Virus record (IMG/VR): IMGVR_UViG_3300043395_002432 | Coordinates: 75,497 to 139,496 of that record | Length of the DNA stretch: 64,000 nt | Reading direction: 5' to 3' (one strand) | Origin: a virus | Shown: one piece after another, positions 1-10,148 of the stretch | Position numbering within the stretch: position 1 is the stretch's first letter | Layout of the letters: each line of letters starts with the position of its first letter | The notes under the pieces: model-generated | The model's database searches: none | Told to the model about the DNA's origin: nothing | The model's input: the letters and a program-made list of their open reading frames with translations, nothing else | Program-made: the position numbers and the translations under genes

Positions 1-8
1 CAACGAGA

Positions 9-35
9 TGAGGAGAGGGGATCTCCCTCTCCTCA
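9..35. other. Perfect 11-bp-stem hairpin between protease gene and the next (off-window) gene
   Basis: tgaggagaggg-gatct-ccctctcctca inverted repeat; function unknown. Confidence 0.4.
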
Positions 36-60
36 GCGTACTCTGGCTGCTCTTGGTGCC

Positions 61-2364
61 TTACTGCTTGGGCGCGACCATGCGTGCGAGGAGATCCTGA
101 GCGTAGTTCAGGTCAGCCTTGCTCAGCGGCTGCTCTTGCGCGGGGCGAGAGACCTCCTCCTCAATGCGCTCGGCAGGAGCGACTCCCTTGAAGGAAGGCT
201 CGGGGCTTGGTGCGTTCTGCAACCGAGCCTCCACGCTCTCCTCGAGCCTGCTCTCGCGGGCTGGGGCAAGGCTTTCCATGAGGTGCTTCACCCCCTCAGG
301 CGTGTCGAGCTTCTGGATTCGAGCCTGGAGCGCGAAGCGATCCGGGCGAGTAGCGACGCTCAGGATCGCGCTCTTCTGCTCCTCCAAGAGCTGGCTCCGC
401 GACTCCGCTGCCTCGATCCGCTTGGTGGCAGCAGCCTCCACCAACTGGAGCCGCTCCGCATGCGTGGTGCGCGCCTCCTCCATCTGCCGCTTCATCGCGG
501 AGACCTCAGCCTGGAAGCGATCCCGATCCGACTTCACCTCGGCAAGCTCGGTCTCGAGCTTCGAGAATGACTCAATCGTCTCGGAGATAGCTCCCCGCAT
601 CCGAGCGAGATCGTCCTGAAGTGTCTTGCGGGCCGCTTCCACAGATGCCTTCTCGACGTTGGCAATGGCGAGGTTCTCGCGGTGCCGCTGGATCTCCTCT
701 CGGGCCGTGGCCAGATCCGCCTCGACCGCCTCAAGGCGAGCCTGCCAACGCTCGCCAGCACGCGCCTCGATGTCGACCCGCTCTCCAGAGAGGCGCTCCA
801 GCACCAGCTTCTTCAGCGCCTCCTCGGGGGTGCCGATCTCGGGAGTGGCGAAGATCTGCTCCAGCCGATCCTTCACCACGGCCTCGGTGAGCTTCGGCCC
901 CATGAGCGTGCGGATCAGATCCGTCTTCGGGTGCGCCCCCGTCTGGCGCAGCATGAGGTTCTCCGCCCGGAGAGACTCGATCTGCTCCACCAAGCGCCGG
1001 TTCCGATCCTGTGCCTGGAGGTTCTTGAACTCCTCCCGCACCAACGCGTCCGTCAAGGACTCCACCCGATCCCGACTCTCGAGGAGCGCAGCCGCCTGAG
1101 GGCTGTTGACCAGCGGCTCAAGGTGCGGACGAATCGCCTCCACGATCCGAAGGGCAGCCATGACGCGAGGATCTTGGCTCGAGACCTGCGAGAGCGCCTG
1201 CTTGCGCCCAAGCGCATGCGCTTCTGCCGTCGCCTCCTCCATGCGCGTCCGCATCTCCGCGATCACCAGCTCCCGAGCCGACGAGATCGAATTCGCCAAC
1301 GCGTCCCGCTCAGCGGTGACCTGCTCCAGGGTCAGCCGCCCCTCCGCCAGCAAGGTGGCCGACTCGTTCTTGGTGGTGGCATTCTCCTCAGTCAGCGTGC
1401 GAATCCGCTCCTCACGCCCTTGCAGTTCCGTCTCCATCTCAGCGATCTTGGCGACCTTCGCGTCAAGGTCAGCCTGAGCCTCCTCCAAGCGAGCGCGCAC
1501 CAAACGATCCCGCTCCACGTCCCGCTCGTTGAGCTTGGCGATCTCCTCCTGAAGCGCACGAAGCTCTGCCCCCGCGTCCTCCTTCACGTCCTCCCTCACG
1601 TCCTCCTTCGTCTCTCCCAGCGTCTCCTGCGCCTCAGCCTGCGCCTCCGAGACCACTTCAGCGGCCTCAGGCTTAGCTTCGACCGCCTCCGCTACCTCCT
1701 CAGCGTCCTTGGTGCCAATGAGCTTGCGAACCACGTCGTCCGCCTCAAGCAAATCCCCCGCGATCATGTCCTTGGCCGCTTCGAGCAGAAACGGATTGTC
1801 GGAGAGAATTTGCCGCATCTTGACCTCGTCCGCCTCGACTTCGCGGATCGACTCGTTGAGCGACTCCGCAAGCGGATACGCGGTCTTCACCGAAGGGTCG
1901 ACCACGAAGTCGAAGGTCTTGAGGCGCAGATCCTCATTGACGTAGTCGGCGTCCCCCCTGCGCGTCACGCTCCCCGAGGCGCGAGAGGAGATCCCCACGG
2001 CAGCGTTCGCCTCGATCAGCGCCTGCATGATCTTGCCGCCAGGGGTGTTCAGGATCACGCAGGAACCCTCGATCACCCCGTCCTCGCGGATCTTCAGATC
2101 CTCGATGAGGTGGCTCACGCGCCAGAGCGAGGTCTTCCCCTCGGCAGGATGATCCAGCTCACCAAGCATGCGCCTCTTGGTGAGATCCTCGGAGGCGAGC
2201 TTGAGCGCATTCTCCATGATGCGCCGCTCGTAGATCCGCCCGTTCTGGTTCTTCGCGTCGACCCGACCAAACTCCCCCTTGACGCGAATCAAGCCAGCCG
2301 GGGTGCGCGCCTCCACAATGCTCAGAACCTGATCCGCCACCCGCTCGTAGAGTGTCTCCATCAT
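61..2364 (-). CDS. Prohead core protease (T4 gp21-like) fused to a long coiled-coil scaffold region
   Basis: KNQNGRIY, LGELDHP, VSHLI, LNTPGG, GISSRASGS, FDFVVDPS motifs of gp21-type proteases, then ~550 aa E/A/R-rich coiled coil; start moved to ATG 2364 (AGAGG RBS). Confidence 0.9.
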   Translation of the reverse strand: MMETLYERVADQVLSIVEARTPAGLIRVKGEFGRVDAKNQNGRIYERRIMENALKLASEDLTKRRMLGELDHPAEGKTSLWRVSHLIEDLKIREDGVIEGSCVILNTPGGKIMQALIEANAAVGISSRASGSVTRRGDADYVNEDLRLKTFDFVVDPSVKTAYPLAESLNESIREVEADEVKMRQILSDNPFLLEAAKDMIAGDLLEADDVVRKLIGTKDAEEVAEAVEAKPEAAEVVSEAQAEAQETLGETKEDVREDVKEDAGAELRALQEEIAKLNERDVERDRLVRARLEEAQADLDAKVAKIAEMETELQGREERIRTLTEENATTKNESATLLAEGRLTLEQVTAERDALANSISSARELVIAEMRTRMEEATAEAHALGRKQALSQVSSQDPRVMAALRIVEAIRPHLEPLVNSPQAAALLESRDRVESLTDALVREEFKNLQAQDRNRRLVEQIESLRAENLMLRQTGAHPKTDLIRTLMGPKLTEAVVKDRLEQIFATPEIGTPEEALKKLVLERLSGERVDIEARAGERWQARLEAVEADLATAREEIQRHRENLAIANVEKASVEAARKTLQDDLARMRGAISETIESFSKLETELAEVKSDRDRFQAEVSAMKRQMEEARTTHAERLQLVEAAATKRIEAAESRSQLLEEQKSAILSVATRPDRFALQARIQKLDTPEGVKHLMESLAPARESRLEESVEARLQNAPSPEPSFKGVAPAERIEEEVSRPAQEQPLSKADLNYAQDLLARMVAPKQ

Positions 2365-2665
2365 TCGTTTCCTCTCTCTTGAGCTTAGCTGCTCGAACGT
2401 GATCTGCCAAAAGAAGGTAGGGCTGGCGACGAATTCGACTTCGCCACCAGCCCCGCCTTCCCTTCCCTTTCCCCCCTTCCCTTGCTCTTCCCTTGTCACC
2501 GCTTCTTGCGCCGGAAGGGCAGCCTCCAGAGGAGGCTCCGTCGTCTCTTGGATTCTGGGCTTTCTCTCCGATCCGAGATCCGTTCCTGATCGGGCCTTAC
2601 CTGCGCTCTGAGATCCAGAGGGGTGTACCCGATCTTCCGCCGCACCTCAGACCGAGAGAACTCGC

Positions 2666-3649
2666 TCAGTTTCCCTCAGGCAGCTCCACCGCCGCCAAGA
2701 ACGCAGGCCGGAGCGGCACCACCGTGTCGATCTCCTTCGCCAGCGCCTGAAGCACCGAGAGGCGGTTCAGGATCGGCGCAAGGTGCGCTGCCTTGTTCCA
2801 CTCGCCCAGCACCGACTCCTCGAGGGTCTTGTCGCAGCCCGCCACCAAGGACTCCGCGATCTGCCCGTGGCCCTGAAGCTCGGAGAGGTTCGAGGTCTCG
2901 ATGATCGCCTGGATCTTGTCGGCACACTCCGCAATGGCGAGGTTCAAGGTGCCAGCCGCCTCGAACAGCGCGAAGTCGAGAGGGTCGACCGGGGTCGTGG
3001 CGGGAGCCGCAGACTCGTTCAGGAGCGCCCGCAGGGCCGCGACTGACTCGTTCTTCGGAGCAGGAGCCGCAGCCTTCTTGAGGTGCAGCTTCGCCCGCAG
3101 CTTCGCCACCTTCTTCATGTGGCGCTTGGTGGAAGCCTTGCGGCGGTATACCTTCGCATACCGCTTGCGATCCGAGCGGTGCCGACGCCGCAGGAGCTTC
3201 GCCTTCATCTTCTCGGCACCCTTCAGGATGCGCTGCTTCACCTTCTTCAGCGAGCCACCCACCAAGCGCCGGATGAGCTTGAACGCCTCATCGAGGGACG
3301 CACCAGAGGCGACCGCCTGGGCGACCTTCTCGGTGATGTTCGCCTTCACGGCGTTGCGATCCTTGTCCTCGACCGCCTGCTCGGAGAGGATCACGTCGCT
3401 GGCATACGCGGCGTCCACCATCTCCATGAGCGCGTCCACGACCTCGGCGGAGGTCTTGAAGCGAGACTCGGGCAGGACAATCGGGTCGTCCTGCTTGGTG
3501 GCCGCAGGCTCGGTCGAAGCGGTGGCGGCGGCTGGGGCGTCCGTGGTCTGCCGCTCCTCGGTCAGGGGCTTGGTGGCCACAGGCTCAGCCTGCTTGATCC
3601 CCATGAAGCGCATGGCGCTCGCGGTCAGCTTGTCCTTGTCGATGCTCAT
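2666..3649 (-). CDS. Putative prohead core protein
   Basis: Between portal and protease as T4 gp67/gp68; very basic central segment (KAKLLRRRHRSDRKRYAKVYRRK); start at ATG 3649. Confidence 0.6.
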   Translation of the reverse strand: MSIDKDKLTASAMRFMGIKQAEPVATKPLTEERQTTDAPAAATASTEPAATKQDDPIVLPESRFKTSAEVVDALMEMVDAAYASDVILSEQAVEDKDRNAVKANITEKVAQAVASGASLDEAFKLIRRLVGGSLKKVKQRILKGAEKMKAKLLRRRHRSDRKRYAKVYRRKASTKRHMKKVAKLRAKLHLKKAAAPAPKNESVAALRALLNESAAPATTPVDPLDFALFEAAGTLNLAIAECADKIQAIIETSNLSELQGHGQIAESLVAGCDKTLEESVLGEWNKAAHLAPILNRLSVLQALAKEIDTVVPLRPAFLAAVELPEGN

Positions 3650-3659
3650 CTCAACTCCC

Positions 3660-4400
3660 TCATCTAAGGAGATGCTTACCGATATACACAAAATCGGCAA
3701 GGCGAGCGCCCAGGAGATCGTGGATCGCCACCTGCTCGTAGAGACTCAAGGCTCGAATCTCCTCTCGGGATGGCAAGGCGTCGAGCGTGCGGTGCATCGA
3801 CGCCACCAAGCGGTCGAGCGCGGGTCGAAGGGCTGGAGGAGCTTGAGGAGAGATCGGAGGGGAAGATGCTTGATACCGCTCGATCAGCCCCAGGATCTTC
3901 GACTCGACGATCTTCTGGAATCGAGCGGGATTTCGATCCTTCAGAACGAATTCGGCGCTCTCGAATTCCTCACTCTGGAGGTTGATCTCTCCCCAGGCGC
4001 TCTTGGTGAGGACTTCCTCCACACGCTCGAAGCAAGAGGGGATCGGGGTCTTCAGTCCTTCCTCCACAGCCTTCTTGGTGAAGTACCTCAAGGCTTCTTG
4101 AACCCAAGCCGACGCAGCCTCTCCACCCCAAAGCGCGAACGACACCCGAGCCGGATTCGGATAGCCCTCCTCTCCCTCGTGGAATCCCTTCGTCGTCTTC
4201 CACCCCTTGGTGCGAGCCAAGAAGCGATACATCCGATTCGCCTTCTCCTCGGAGAGCGGATCGCCCTTCAGAAGCGCACGCGCCTCGCGGACAGTCTGAT
4301 CCTCCAAGCCGTCCCCACTCAGCCCCGCCTCATGCCACCGAAGCCCCTGCTCCAACTCGGCCAGCACCTCCTTTGGTGCAAGCAAGATCGAATCGCTCAT
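3660..4400 (-). CDS. Head-module hypothetical protein
   Basis: ARALLKGDPLS..RMYRFLAR..ARVSFALWGGEAASAW resembles a domain I recall from phage head regions; GGAG RBS. Confidence 0.6.
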   Translation of the reverse strand: MSDSILLAPKEVLAELEQGLRWHEAGLSGDGLEDQTVREARALLKGDPLSEEKANRMYRFLARTKGWKTTKGFHEGEEGYPNPARVSFALWGGEAASAWVQEALRYFTKKAVEEGLKTPIPSCFERVEEVLTKSAWGEINLQSEEFESAEFVLKDRNPARFQKIVESKILGLIERYQASSPPISPQAPPALRPALDRLVASMHRTLDALPSREEIRALSLYEQVAIHDLLGARLADFVYIGKHLLR

Positions 4401-4427
4401 GTTCTCCTCCAACGAATTCGAATTCGT

Positions 4428-6284
4428 TCACTCCTCGCGCCGACGCGATCTCCGATCCTGCTCATTGCGAATCCCGGTGAGGATCTTGGTGCGCCGGATC
4501 TCCTTTCGAAGCTGGATCAGCTCTCGCTCGAGCTTGAGCAACCGCGCCCGCTCCTGATCTCGACGAAGGCGCTCCGCCTTCTCGTCCGCACCAAGACGCC
4601 GAATCTCTCGAAGGAGCGTAGAGGACGTCGAAGCGTCGAGCGGATCGCGCTCAGTGAGGATCTTCTTGATCATCGGGTCAAGCACTGACTCTTGCGGTTC
4701 CTCGGGCATAGCTGCCTGCTGTGCCGCCATGATCTGCCCTTGTGCGCTTGCCTCGAGTTCCGCTTGCATGGCAGCAGCAGCACGATCCGCCTTCTCCTTC
4801 GCCTTGGTGACCTCACGCGCCTCCTGTTCAGAGAGACCGAACGCACGACGCAGAATGTCGTCCTTGGGAAAGAAGTCCACCATGCGGCTCGCAAGATCCG
4901 CCTTCGCGCTTAGCGCCTCGATCTGCGCCAGCTCGTTGATCTGCGACGGGGGCGTCATGTGAATGCTCCACTTCACCGCATCCGGGTCAATGCCCTTGGC
5001 AGTCAGGTGGTAGCGGCAGATCATGGACACGCCCGCGAGGATCTCGTTCTGAATTCGCTCCACGGTCGAAGCAAAGCGTGAGTCAAGCTGCGCGAGTGAA
5101 GCGCGAGTGTCGCCCTCTTCGAGCGAAAGATACGCCCGAGGAATCTTGAGCTTCGCCAAGACGTGCTTCAGGAAGTACTCAAGATCCTCGGTGTTCTGCC
5201 AATCCGCACCAGAGAGCATCTCGATCTCGGTGCTACGCTTCCCGTTCGAGGTCGCCACGAAGAAGTTCTCTTCTTGCCCAAGCGGGGAGGCGCGAAAGTC
5301 GATCTTCCCGTCAGGAGTCACAAACCGCTTCTTGGTGAGCATCGTCTTGGCGTTCTGAATGTGCGCCTGCGCCTGCTGCGTCGTCTTGCTGGTGGTGTCG
5401 ATGTAAAAGACGAAGCGAGCGGGTGAGCGCGTGAGCTTGTAGACAATGGCCGAGTCCTCGAGCAGGGTCAGCCGACGCCACGCCCAGATCGCGTCATGCA
5501 GGATTCCGTACCCGTAGACCGAGCTGCTCTCCCGAAGCCTCCAGTGAATGACCTCCCACGGCTCAAATGGCACCAAGCCCGTCGCACGAAGCTGCTCTTG
5601 GAGCTTCTGGTGGAAGAGCAACATGCTCCGAATGTCCTTGCTGTTTGGCTCAGGGATCGGCTTCTTCTTGATCTCCTGATACAGCACGGACGCCTGAACG
5701 TAAGCCTCCAACGAAAGCGTCCGCGAGGACAGTAGCTGTGCGAATCCAAGGTGCTTCCCGAGATCCGTCTCTACGCGGCGCATGCTGGAGGTCGGAAGGG
5801 GGCGAAAGCCCGCCACTCCCTCCTGCGAGTACGCGATCTCCGAGAAGCGATTTCCGTACAGGCAGAGCAGGCGAGCCGTCGAACGGAGGTCGTCCCCGAT
5901 CTTGAGCCGATCCAAAAGGTCGTTCAGCTCCTTCTGAATTCCCTCATGCTCAGAGACGCACCAGACCTTGCGGTTCTGGAGGTGATCCTTCTTGGTGCTG
6001 TCGTCAGCGTAAATATCCAACGCCGTCGACAGCACGGGGTACTCGGACATGGCCTCGTAGTCCGCATACCGATTCTGCAGGTCGATCTGCTGGCCAAAGG
6101 CGGAAGACAGGCCACCAAAGGGAGAGGCGGTCTGAAAGGGATGCTCCAGACCGTAAAAGCGGGGGGCGGGTTCCTCAGCACCAAGACCAGCCCCCTTAGG
6201 AAGCTCCTTGGTGGTTTCCTTGACGGAAGCCTTAGGAGCCTCCAGAAGGAGGCTCTGTCCCACGATCTTGCTGAACCAGCTCAT
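4428..6284 (-). CDS. Portal protein (T4 gp20-like)
   Basis: RYADYEAMSEYP..ALDIYADD, LLEDSAIVYKLTRSPARFVFYID, EDLEYF..LKIPRAYL, DSRFASTVERIQ. Confidence 0.93.
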   Translation of the reverse strand: MSWFSKIVGQSLLLEAPKASVKETTKELPKGAGLGAEEPAPRFYGLEHPFQTASPFGGLSSAFGQQIDLQNRYADYEAMSEYPVLSTALDIYADDSTKKDHLQNRKVWCVSEHEGIQKELNDLLDRLKIGDDLRSTARLLCLYGNRFSEIAYSQEGVAGFRPLPTSSMRRVETDLGKHLGFAQLLSSRTLSLEAYVQASVLYQEIKKKPIPEPNSKDIRSMLLFHQKLQEQLRATGLVPFEPWEVIHWRLRESSSVYGYGILHDAIWAWRRLTLLEDSAIVYKLTRSPARFVFYIDTTSKTTQQAQAHIQNAKTMLTKKRFVTPDGKIDFRASPLGQEENFFVATSNGKRSTEIEMLSGADWQNTEDLEYFLKHVLAKLKIPRAYLSLEEGDTRASLAQLDSRFASTVERIQNEILAGVSMICRYHLTAKGIDPDAVKWSIHMTPPSQINELAQIEALSAKADLASRMVDFFPKDDILRRAFGLSEQEAREVTKAKEKADRAAAAMQAELEASAQGQIMAAQQAAMPEEPQESVLDPMIKKILTERDPLDASTSSTLLREIRRLGADEKAERLRRDQERARLLKLERELIQLRKEIRRTKILTGIRNEQDRRSRRREE

Positions 6285-6324
6285 GCCCTGAGCTTACCCC
6301 ACACGGGGCAGTCGAGCGACTACT

Positions 6325-6798
6325 TCAGCTCCCCTGGAAGGGCTGGAGATCCTCGGGGACGTCGAAGAACTCCAGAGACTCATAGGCACGATCCTCGTCC
6401 TCAAGGCGGGTGAGGTCGTCCCGGTCGTCCTCAGCGTCGTCGTCGCCACGCCAGCCGTCGATCCCCATTTGGATCTGGTCGACCGCCTCTTGCAGCGTCG
6501 CTGCGCTGGCGACCGGGCAGGTGAACACCCAGCGATCCGTCGACACCGGATTGACGCGGATCGTGACCGCCTCAATCCAGTGGTCGGGGGAAGACCAGGG
6601 GAGAATGCCGACCGCGATCACGCCGAGGTCGAATTCGGCGCGCAGGCCGAGCTGGTCGGCGCGCATGAAGTGCCACACGCGCTCACGCTGAGCGCGCTCA
6701 TGGAGCGCCTCAGTGGTGAGGTGGATCGGGGCCGCGCTCGTCAGCGCGAGGGTGGCGGGGATCGAGGCGAGGGGGTTGGCGGTCGTCATGCCCCTCAT
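6325..6798 (-). CDS. Hypothetical protein
   Basis: Fills gap between portal and ParB genes; acidic C-terminus. Confidence 0.55.
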   Translation of the reverse strand: MRGMTTANPLASIPATLALTSAAPIHLTTEALHERAQRERVWHFMRADQLGLRAEFDLGVIAVGILPWSSPDHWIEAVTIRVNPVSTDRWVFTCPVASAATLQEAVDQIQMGIDGWRGDDDAEDDRDDLTRLEDEDRAYESLEFFDVPEDLQPFQGS

Positions 6799-6829
6799 GT
6801 ATCCCCAGCCTCATGGCTTGCCAGACCCC

Positions 6830-7753
6830 TTAGGCCGTCTTGACTTCTTCTTGACAGGATTCGTCCGCAGGAGGCGGGGGCGGATCTTCTGGTGCCGTAT
6901 CCTGCATGAGCGCAGCCGAAGGAACGTACCCATTCAAGAGATCGAGAAGGACGTCCGCAGGCTCGATCCCATTCTCCTTGAATCCCCGCAGCTTCTCATG
7001 TAAGAAGGCGAATCGCTCCTCGGAAGCCACGTTGACGTAAATATGATCCTTGCCCCCGTAGGAGAACACCAAGAAGTGCGAGCCAAGCTCATTGCCGTCC
7101 GTCGTGAACACCTTCGAGATGATGTTGCTCAGATCCTCGGGGGTCTTGGCCCCTGAAGCGGCTTTGTCGAACTCTTGGAGCTTCTTGCTTCGAGTCTGCT
7201 TGTCTACGCTGTCCAGGGCTTGCTTTACGGAGAGCCGAGCAGACGACAGGAGCTTTTCATACGACTTGTCGTCGGTGATGCCCATTGCCTCCTGAAGAAG
7301 CTCCGCCGGGTGGCGAAGGATCAGATCCATGTAGAGCTTCGAGAATTTCTCGGGACTCACCCTGCCGTGGATGAGGTTGAGCCTCATGGTGATCAGGTTG
7401 CGAAGATCCTTGCAGGCTTGGTCGTTGCCCGCGATCTTGGGATCGTGAATGATCATGGCGGGTATGGTCGTGTGGCCAAGCGAAGCGCACGCACGCATGC
7501 GATGCTCGCCACCAATGAGCTGGAACGTCCCATGTGGGGTCGGCCATACCTGAATAGGGGCGATCATCCCAACCTCTTGAATCTCCTTCACCAAGCGAGC
7601 GAACTCACGCTCGTTCATCGTGTTCGGATTCAGGGGATTCTTCTCGATCTTGGCGATCTCAAGAGCAGGATTGAAGTCGAGCGTATGGTGCGACGAAGTC
7701 GACTTCGCTGCCGTCGTTGCCAGAGCTTCTTGCGGATACATGACGTCGGACAT
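6830..7753 (-). CDS. ParB/Srx-like domain protein
   Basis: NPLNPN..LVKEIQEVGMIAPIQV..LIGGEHRMRA (GxxR motif). Confidence 0.85.
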   Translation of the reverse strand: MSDVMYPQEALATTAAKSTSSHHTLDFNPALEIAKIEKNPLNPNTMNEREFARLVKEIQEVGMIAPIQVWPTPHGTFQLIGGEHRMRACASLGHTTIPAMIIHDPKIAGNDQACKDLRNLITMRLNLIHGRVSPEKFSKLYMDLILRHPAELLQEAMGITDDKSYEKLLSSARLSVKQALDSVDKQTRSKKLQEFDKAASGAKTPEDLSNIISKVFTTDGNELGSHFLVFSYGGKDHIYVNVASEERFAFLHEKLRGFKENGIEPADVLLDLLNGYVPSAALMQDTAPEDPPPPPADESCQEEVKTA

Positions 7754-7762
7754 GCCTGCTCC

Positions 7763-8119
7763 TTAGCGTTTCTTTCCCTGGTTCTCTTCAAGCCAGAGAC
7801 GACCCCGCTCAGTCAGGATCGCCCACTCGATCTTGCGCGGGCCAGAAGACGAAGGACGCTCTTCGATCCGCACCAAGCCACGACGCTCGAGAGAGAAGTA
7901 CGTCGACCGATCATTGAACCCGTCGTTGTAGCCAGCCGAGATCAGCGCAACCTCTCCCCGTGAAGCCACGCGCTGAAGCGCCGTCCGCTGATTGTACCCA
8001 AGTGGTTTGGTGGTGACATCCACAAGCCCCCCACGAGCCATGTCGTCAAACAGCGGATCGGTCTCGGAAGAAGCCATGCCATAGTCTAACCGAAGACTTT
8101 GCAGGCTGTTTGCAATCAC
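7763..8119 (-). CDS. Small winged-helix-like hypothetical protein
   Basis: SLERRGLVRI...AILTERGR pattern typical of wHTH wings; coupled to upstream stop. Confidence 0.5.
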   Translation of the reverse strand: MIANSLQSLRLDYGMASSETDPLFDDMARGGLVDVTTKPLGYNQRTALQRVASRGEVALISAGYNDGFNDRSTYFSLERRGLVRIEERPSSSGPRKIEWAILTERGRLWLEENQGKKR

Positions 8120-9552
8120 TCACCAAAGAGTCCGACCTGCGCTTGACGAGGCTTCGGCTTCGTGGCTTCGTCGTAGCGGGGCCGCTGCGGAAGCCCCTGA
8201 ACCTCACGGGAGGCGTAGTCGCACCGACCGTAAATGACGGACTCCATCGCGGGATCTCGCTCAATGAGGGTGATCGACTGGCGATTCAGGACGGCAGCCA
8301 CGCCCGTGGTGCCAGAGCCTGCAAACGGATCGAGGATCTCGCCACCGGGGGCCGTGATGAGGTTCAGGCACCAACGCATCAGCTCCACAGGCTTCACAGA
8401 GACATGCGGATTCCAACGCTCGGTCTTGGTGCCGTCCGAATTGTCGAAGACCTTGAGCGGGGGCAGATGCTGCAAACCCAGATCCTTCTCCTCCAGGGTC
8501 GGCTTCGGGCAGTAGACGAAGCCGTCGTGATCCGTCCATTGGTGGTTGTTGAAGCGCATGCTCTCCGCCGAGAGCGGATCAGCGAACGGGTCGACCTGCC
8601 CATGCATCGCAAGCACAGGACAGCCCACGACGCACTTGGTGGAGGTGCATTCGAATGCGTGCGTCATGACCACGTTCGCCGGAAACCGCCCCATGTCGTA
8701 GCTCTGAGCAGGAAGCGAGCGATACTCCCCATGCGCGTTCGAATCGAGCAGCTTGCGCTTCCCTGAAGCCGTCACTCGCGCCCCCTCGGAGCCGATCCGG
8801 CAGGACTTGATGTTGAAGCCCCCCGTCCCCCACTTCAGCATGTTCTCCGCAATGGTCGCCTCACTGATCGGCTTCTGCACCACTGAGATCGGCTCGGTCG
8901 CAGGCTTCAGCCCTGAATGCCAATCCTCGAAACGCTTGCCCTCCTCAGAAGCGGGGTGAAGGCGACGGAAGACGCGACTCTCCCCGTCCCCGTATCCTAC
9001 GCTCGCCGTAGGATTGAGCAGCTTGGTGTGATCCCTTCCAGCCCCCCGATTCGACAGCTCCCCCTCACGGGAGCTGACACCAAGGTGGTCGTCGATGGCA
9101 AGCCCTATATTGAGACCCCGAGGCATCCCGGTCGCGTAGTGCCAAGTGATCATGCCGCGCTGCTGGAATCCCGCAAGACGAAGCGCCATCCCCATGAGGT
9201 CGAACGTGCGCGTCCCAGAGAAGGTCAGCAGGTAGCCCCCAGGACGAAGGACGCGAAAGCACTCGTACCAGAAATCTGGCCCAGGCACCCAGGCATCCCA
9301 CTCCTTCCCCCCGATCCCGCTCTTAGGCTTGGTGCGCGTCGCTGGCCCCGTGTACCGCTCCCCTCGAGCCTCCGCCTCCAGCACCAAGCGAAGCCACTCG
9401 CTCCACTCCAGAAGCACCTGACGCTGCATCCGCTCCTGCTCCTCCGCAGAGGAGAGACCATACGGAGCATCCGTCACAATGGCGTGGTAGTAGTTGTCGG
9501 GGATTTGGCGAAGGTACGCGAGGGAATCACCAATGTGTATCCTGGGAATCAT
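8116..9552 (-). CDS. DNA amino-methyltransferase (N4-C/N6-A, beta class)
   Basis: IHIGDSL..IVTDAPY (DPPY variant), GRFPANV, HVSVKPVELM, ILDPFAGSGTTG; start ATG 9552. Confidence 0.9.
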   Translation of the reverse strand: MIPRIHIGDSLAYLRQIPDNYYHAIVTDAPYGLSSAEEQERMQRQVLLEWSEWLRLVLEAEARGERYTGPATRTKPKSGIGGKEWDAWVPGPDFWYECFRVLRPGGYLLTFSGTRTFDLMGMALRLAGFQQRGMITWHYATGMPRGLNIGLAIDDHLGVSSREGELSNRGAGRDHTKLLNPTASVGYGDGESRVFRRLHPASEEGKRFEDWHSGLKPATEPISVVQKPISEATIAENMLKWGTGGFNIKSCRIGSEGARVTASGKRKLLDSNAHGEYRSLPAQSYDMGRFPANVVMTHAFECTSTKCVVGCPVLAMHGQVDPFADPLSAESMRFNNHQWTDHDGFVYCPKPTLEEKDLGLQHLPPLKVFDNSDGTKTERWNPHVSVKPVELMRWCLNLITAPGGEILDPFAGSGTTGVAAVLNRQSITLIERDPAMESVIYGRCDYASREVQGLPQRPRYDEATKPKPRQAQVGLFGE

Positions 9553-9590
9553 GAACGCTCCGTGATAGGGCGATCTATCACAGGATCGGG

Positions 9591-10085
9591 TCATGTGCCT
9601 TCGGAGGGAGCCACCAAGCCGCGATCCCGAGCGTTCGAGAGCGCGATCCGAATCGCGGAGAGCAGCGTCTTCGGCATCGGATCGTCCGGGGCGAGCGTTA
9701 GCCACGGGAGGGGGACGTAGCGCGTGTCGAGCGGGTCTTGGTGGATTACCAATTGCCACCCCGCGCACTCGGGGTCGTAGTCCTCGTCCTCGGGAATGAG
9801 CGTGTAGTACTCCAAGCTCAACGAGGTCTCCGCCTCGATCTCGTCGATGTCCGTCTCGCAAAGGATCAACGCGAGAATCCACAAGCCAAGCTGGTAGCCT
9901 GCAGGACGATGCAGGGGAATCCTCCGCTCTTGCTCCCCCGTCTCCTTCGACTTCCAATTCCAGTCAGGAATGAAGTCGGAATTGTTCTGCCAGGGGTGAA
10001 AGCCAAGCACCATGCGCGTGATCGGCGCAAGGACGGTGCGGACGGAGCCAGGAAGGCGGTTGACGCGAATGAAGTAGCTGTCCAT
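9591..10085 (-). CDS. Hypothetical protein
   Basis: Protein-like composition, fills gap between terminase and MTase. Confidence 0.55.
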   Translation of the reverse strand: MDSYFIRVNRLPGSVRTVLAPITRMVLGFHPWQNNSDFIPDWNWKSKETGEQERRIPLHRPAGYQLGLWILALILCETDIDEIEAETSLSLEYYTLIPEDEDYDPECAGWQLVIHQDPLDTRYVPLPWLTLAPDDPMPKTLLSAIRIALSNARDRGLVAPSEGT

Positions 10086-10148
10086 CGGGTTCCCTCTCGC
10101 TCCCTTGTTCGATTCCTCCTTGGTGGGCAAACGAATTCGAATTCGTCT

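Noticed and set aside
4411-4428. Cloning-linker or adapter contamination explaining the EcoRI-like palindromes
   Set aside because: Copies are degenerate, sit in frame within intact genes and occur as several half-site variants
682-4688. Long plus-strand ORFs (682-2382, 2901-4688, and similar ones such as 19174-20619, 38713-40068, 52824-54458, 55189-56889)
   Set aside because: Antisense shadows of high-GC minus-strand genes; L/R/H/P-rich composition, no RBS or motifs
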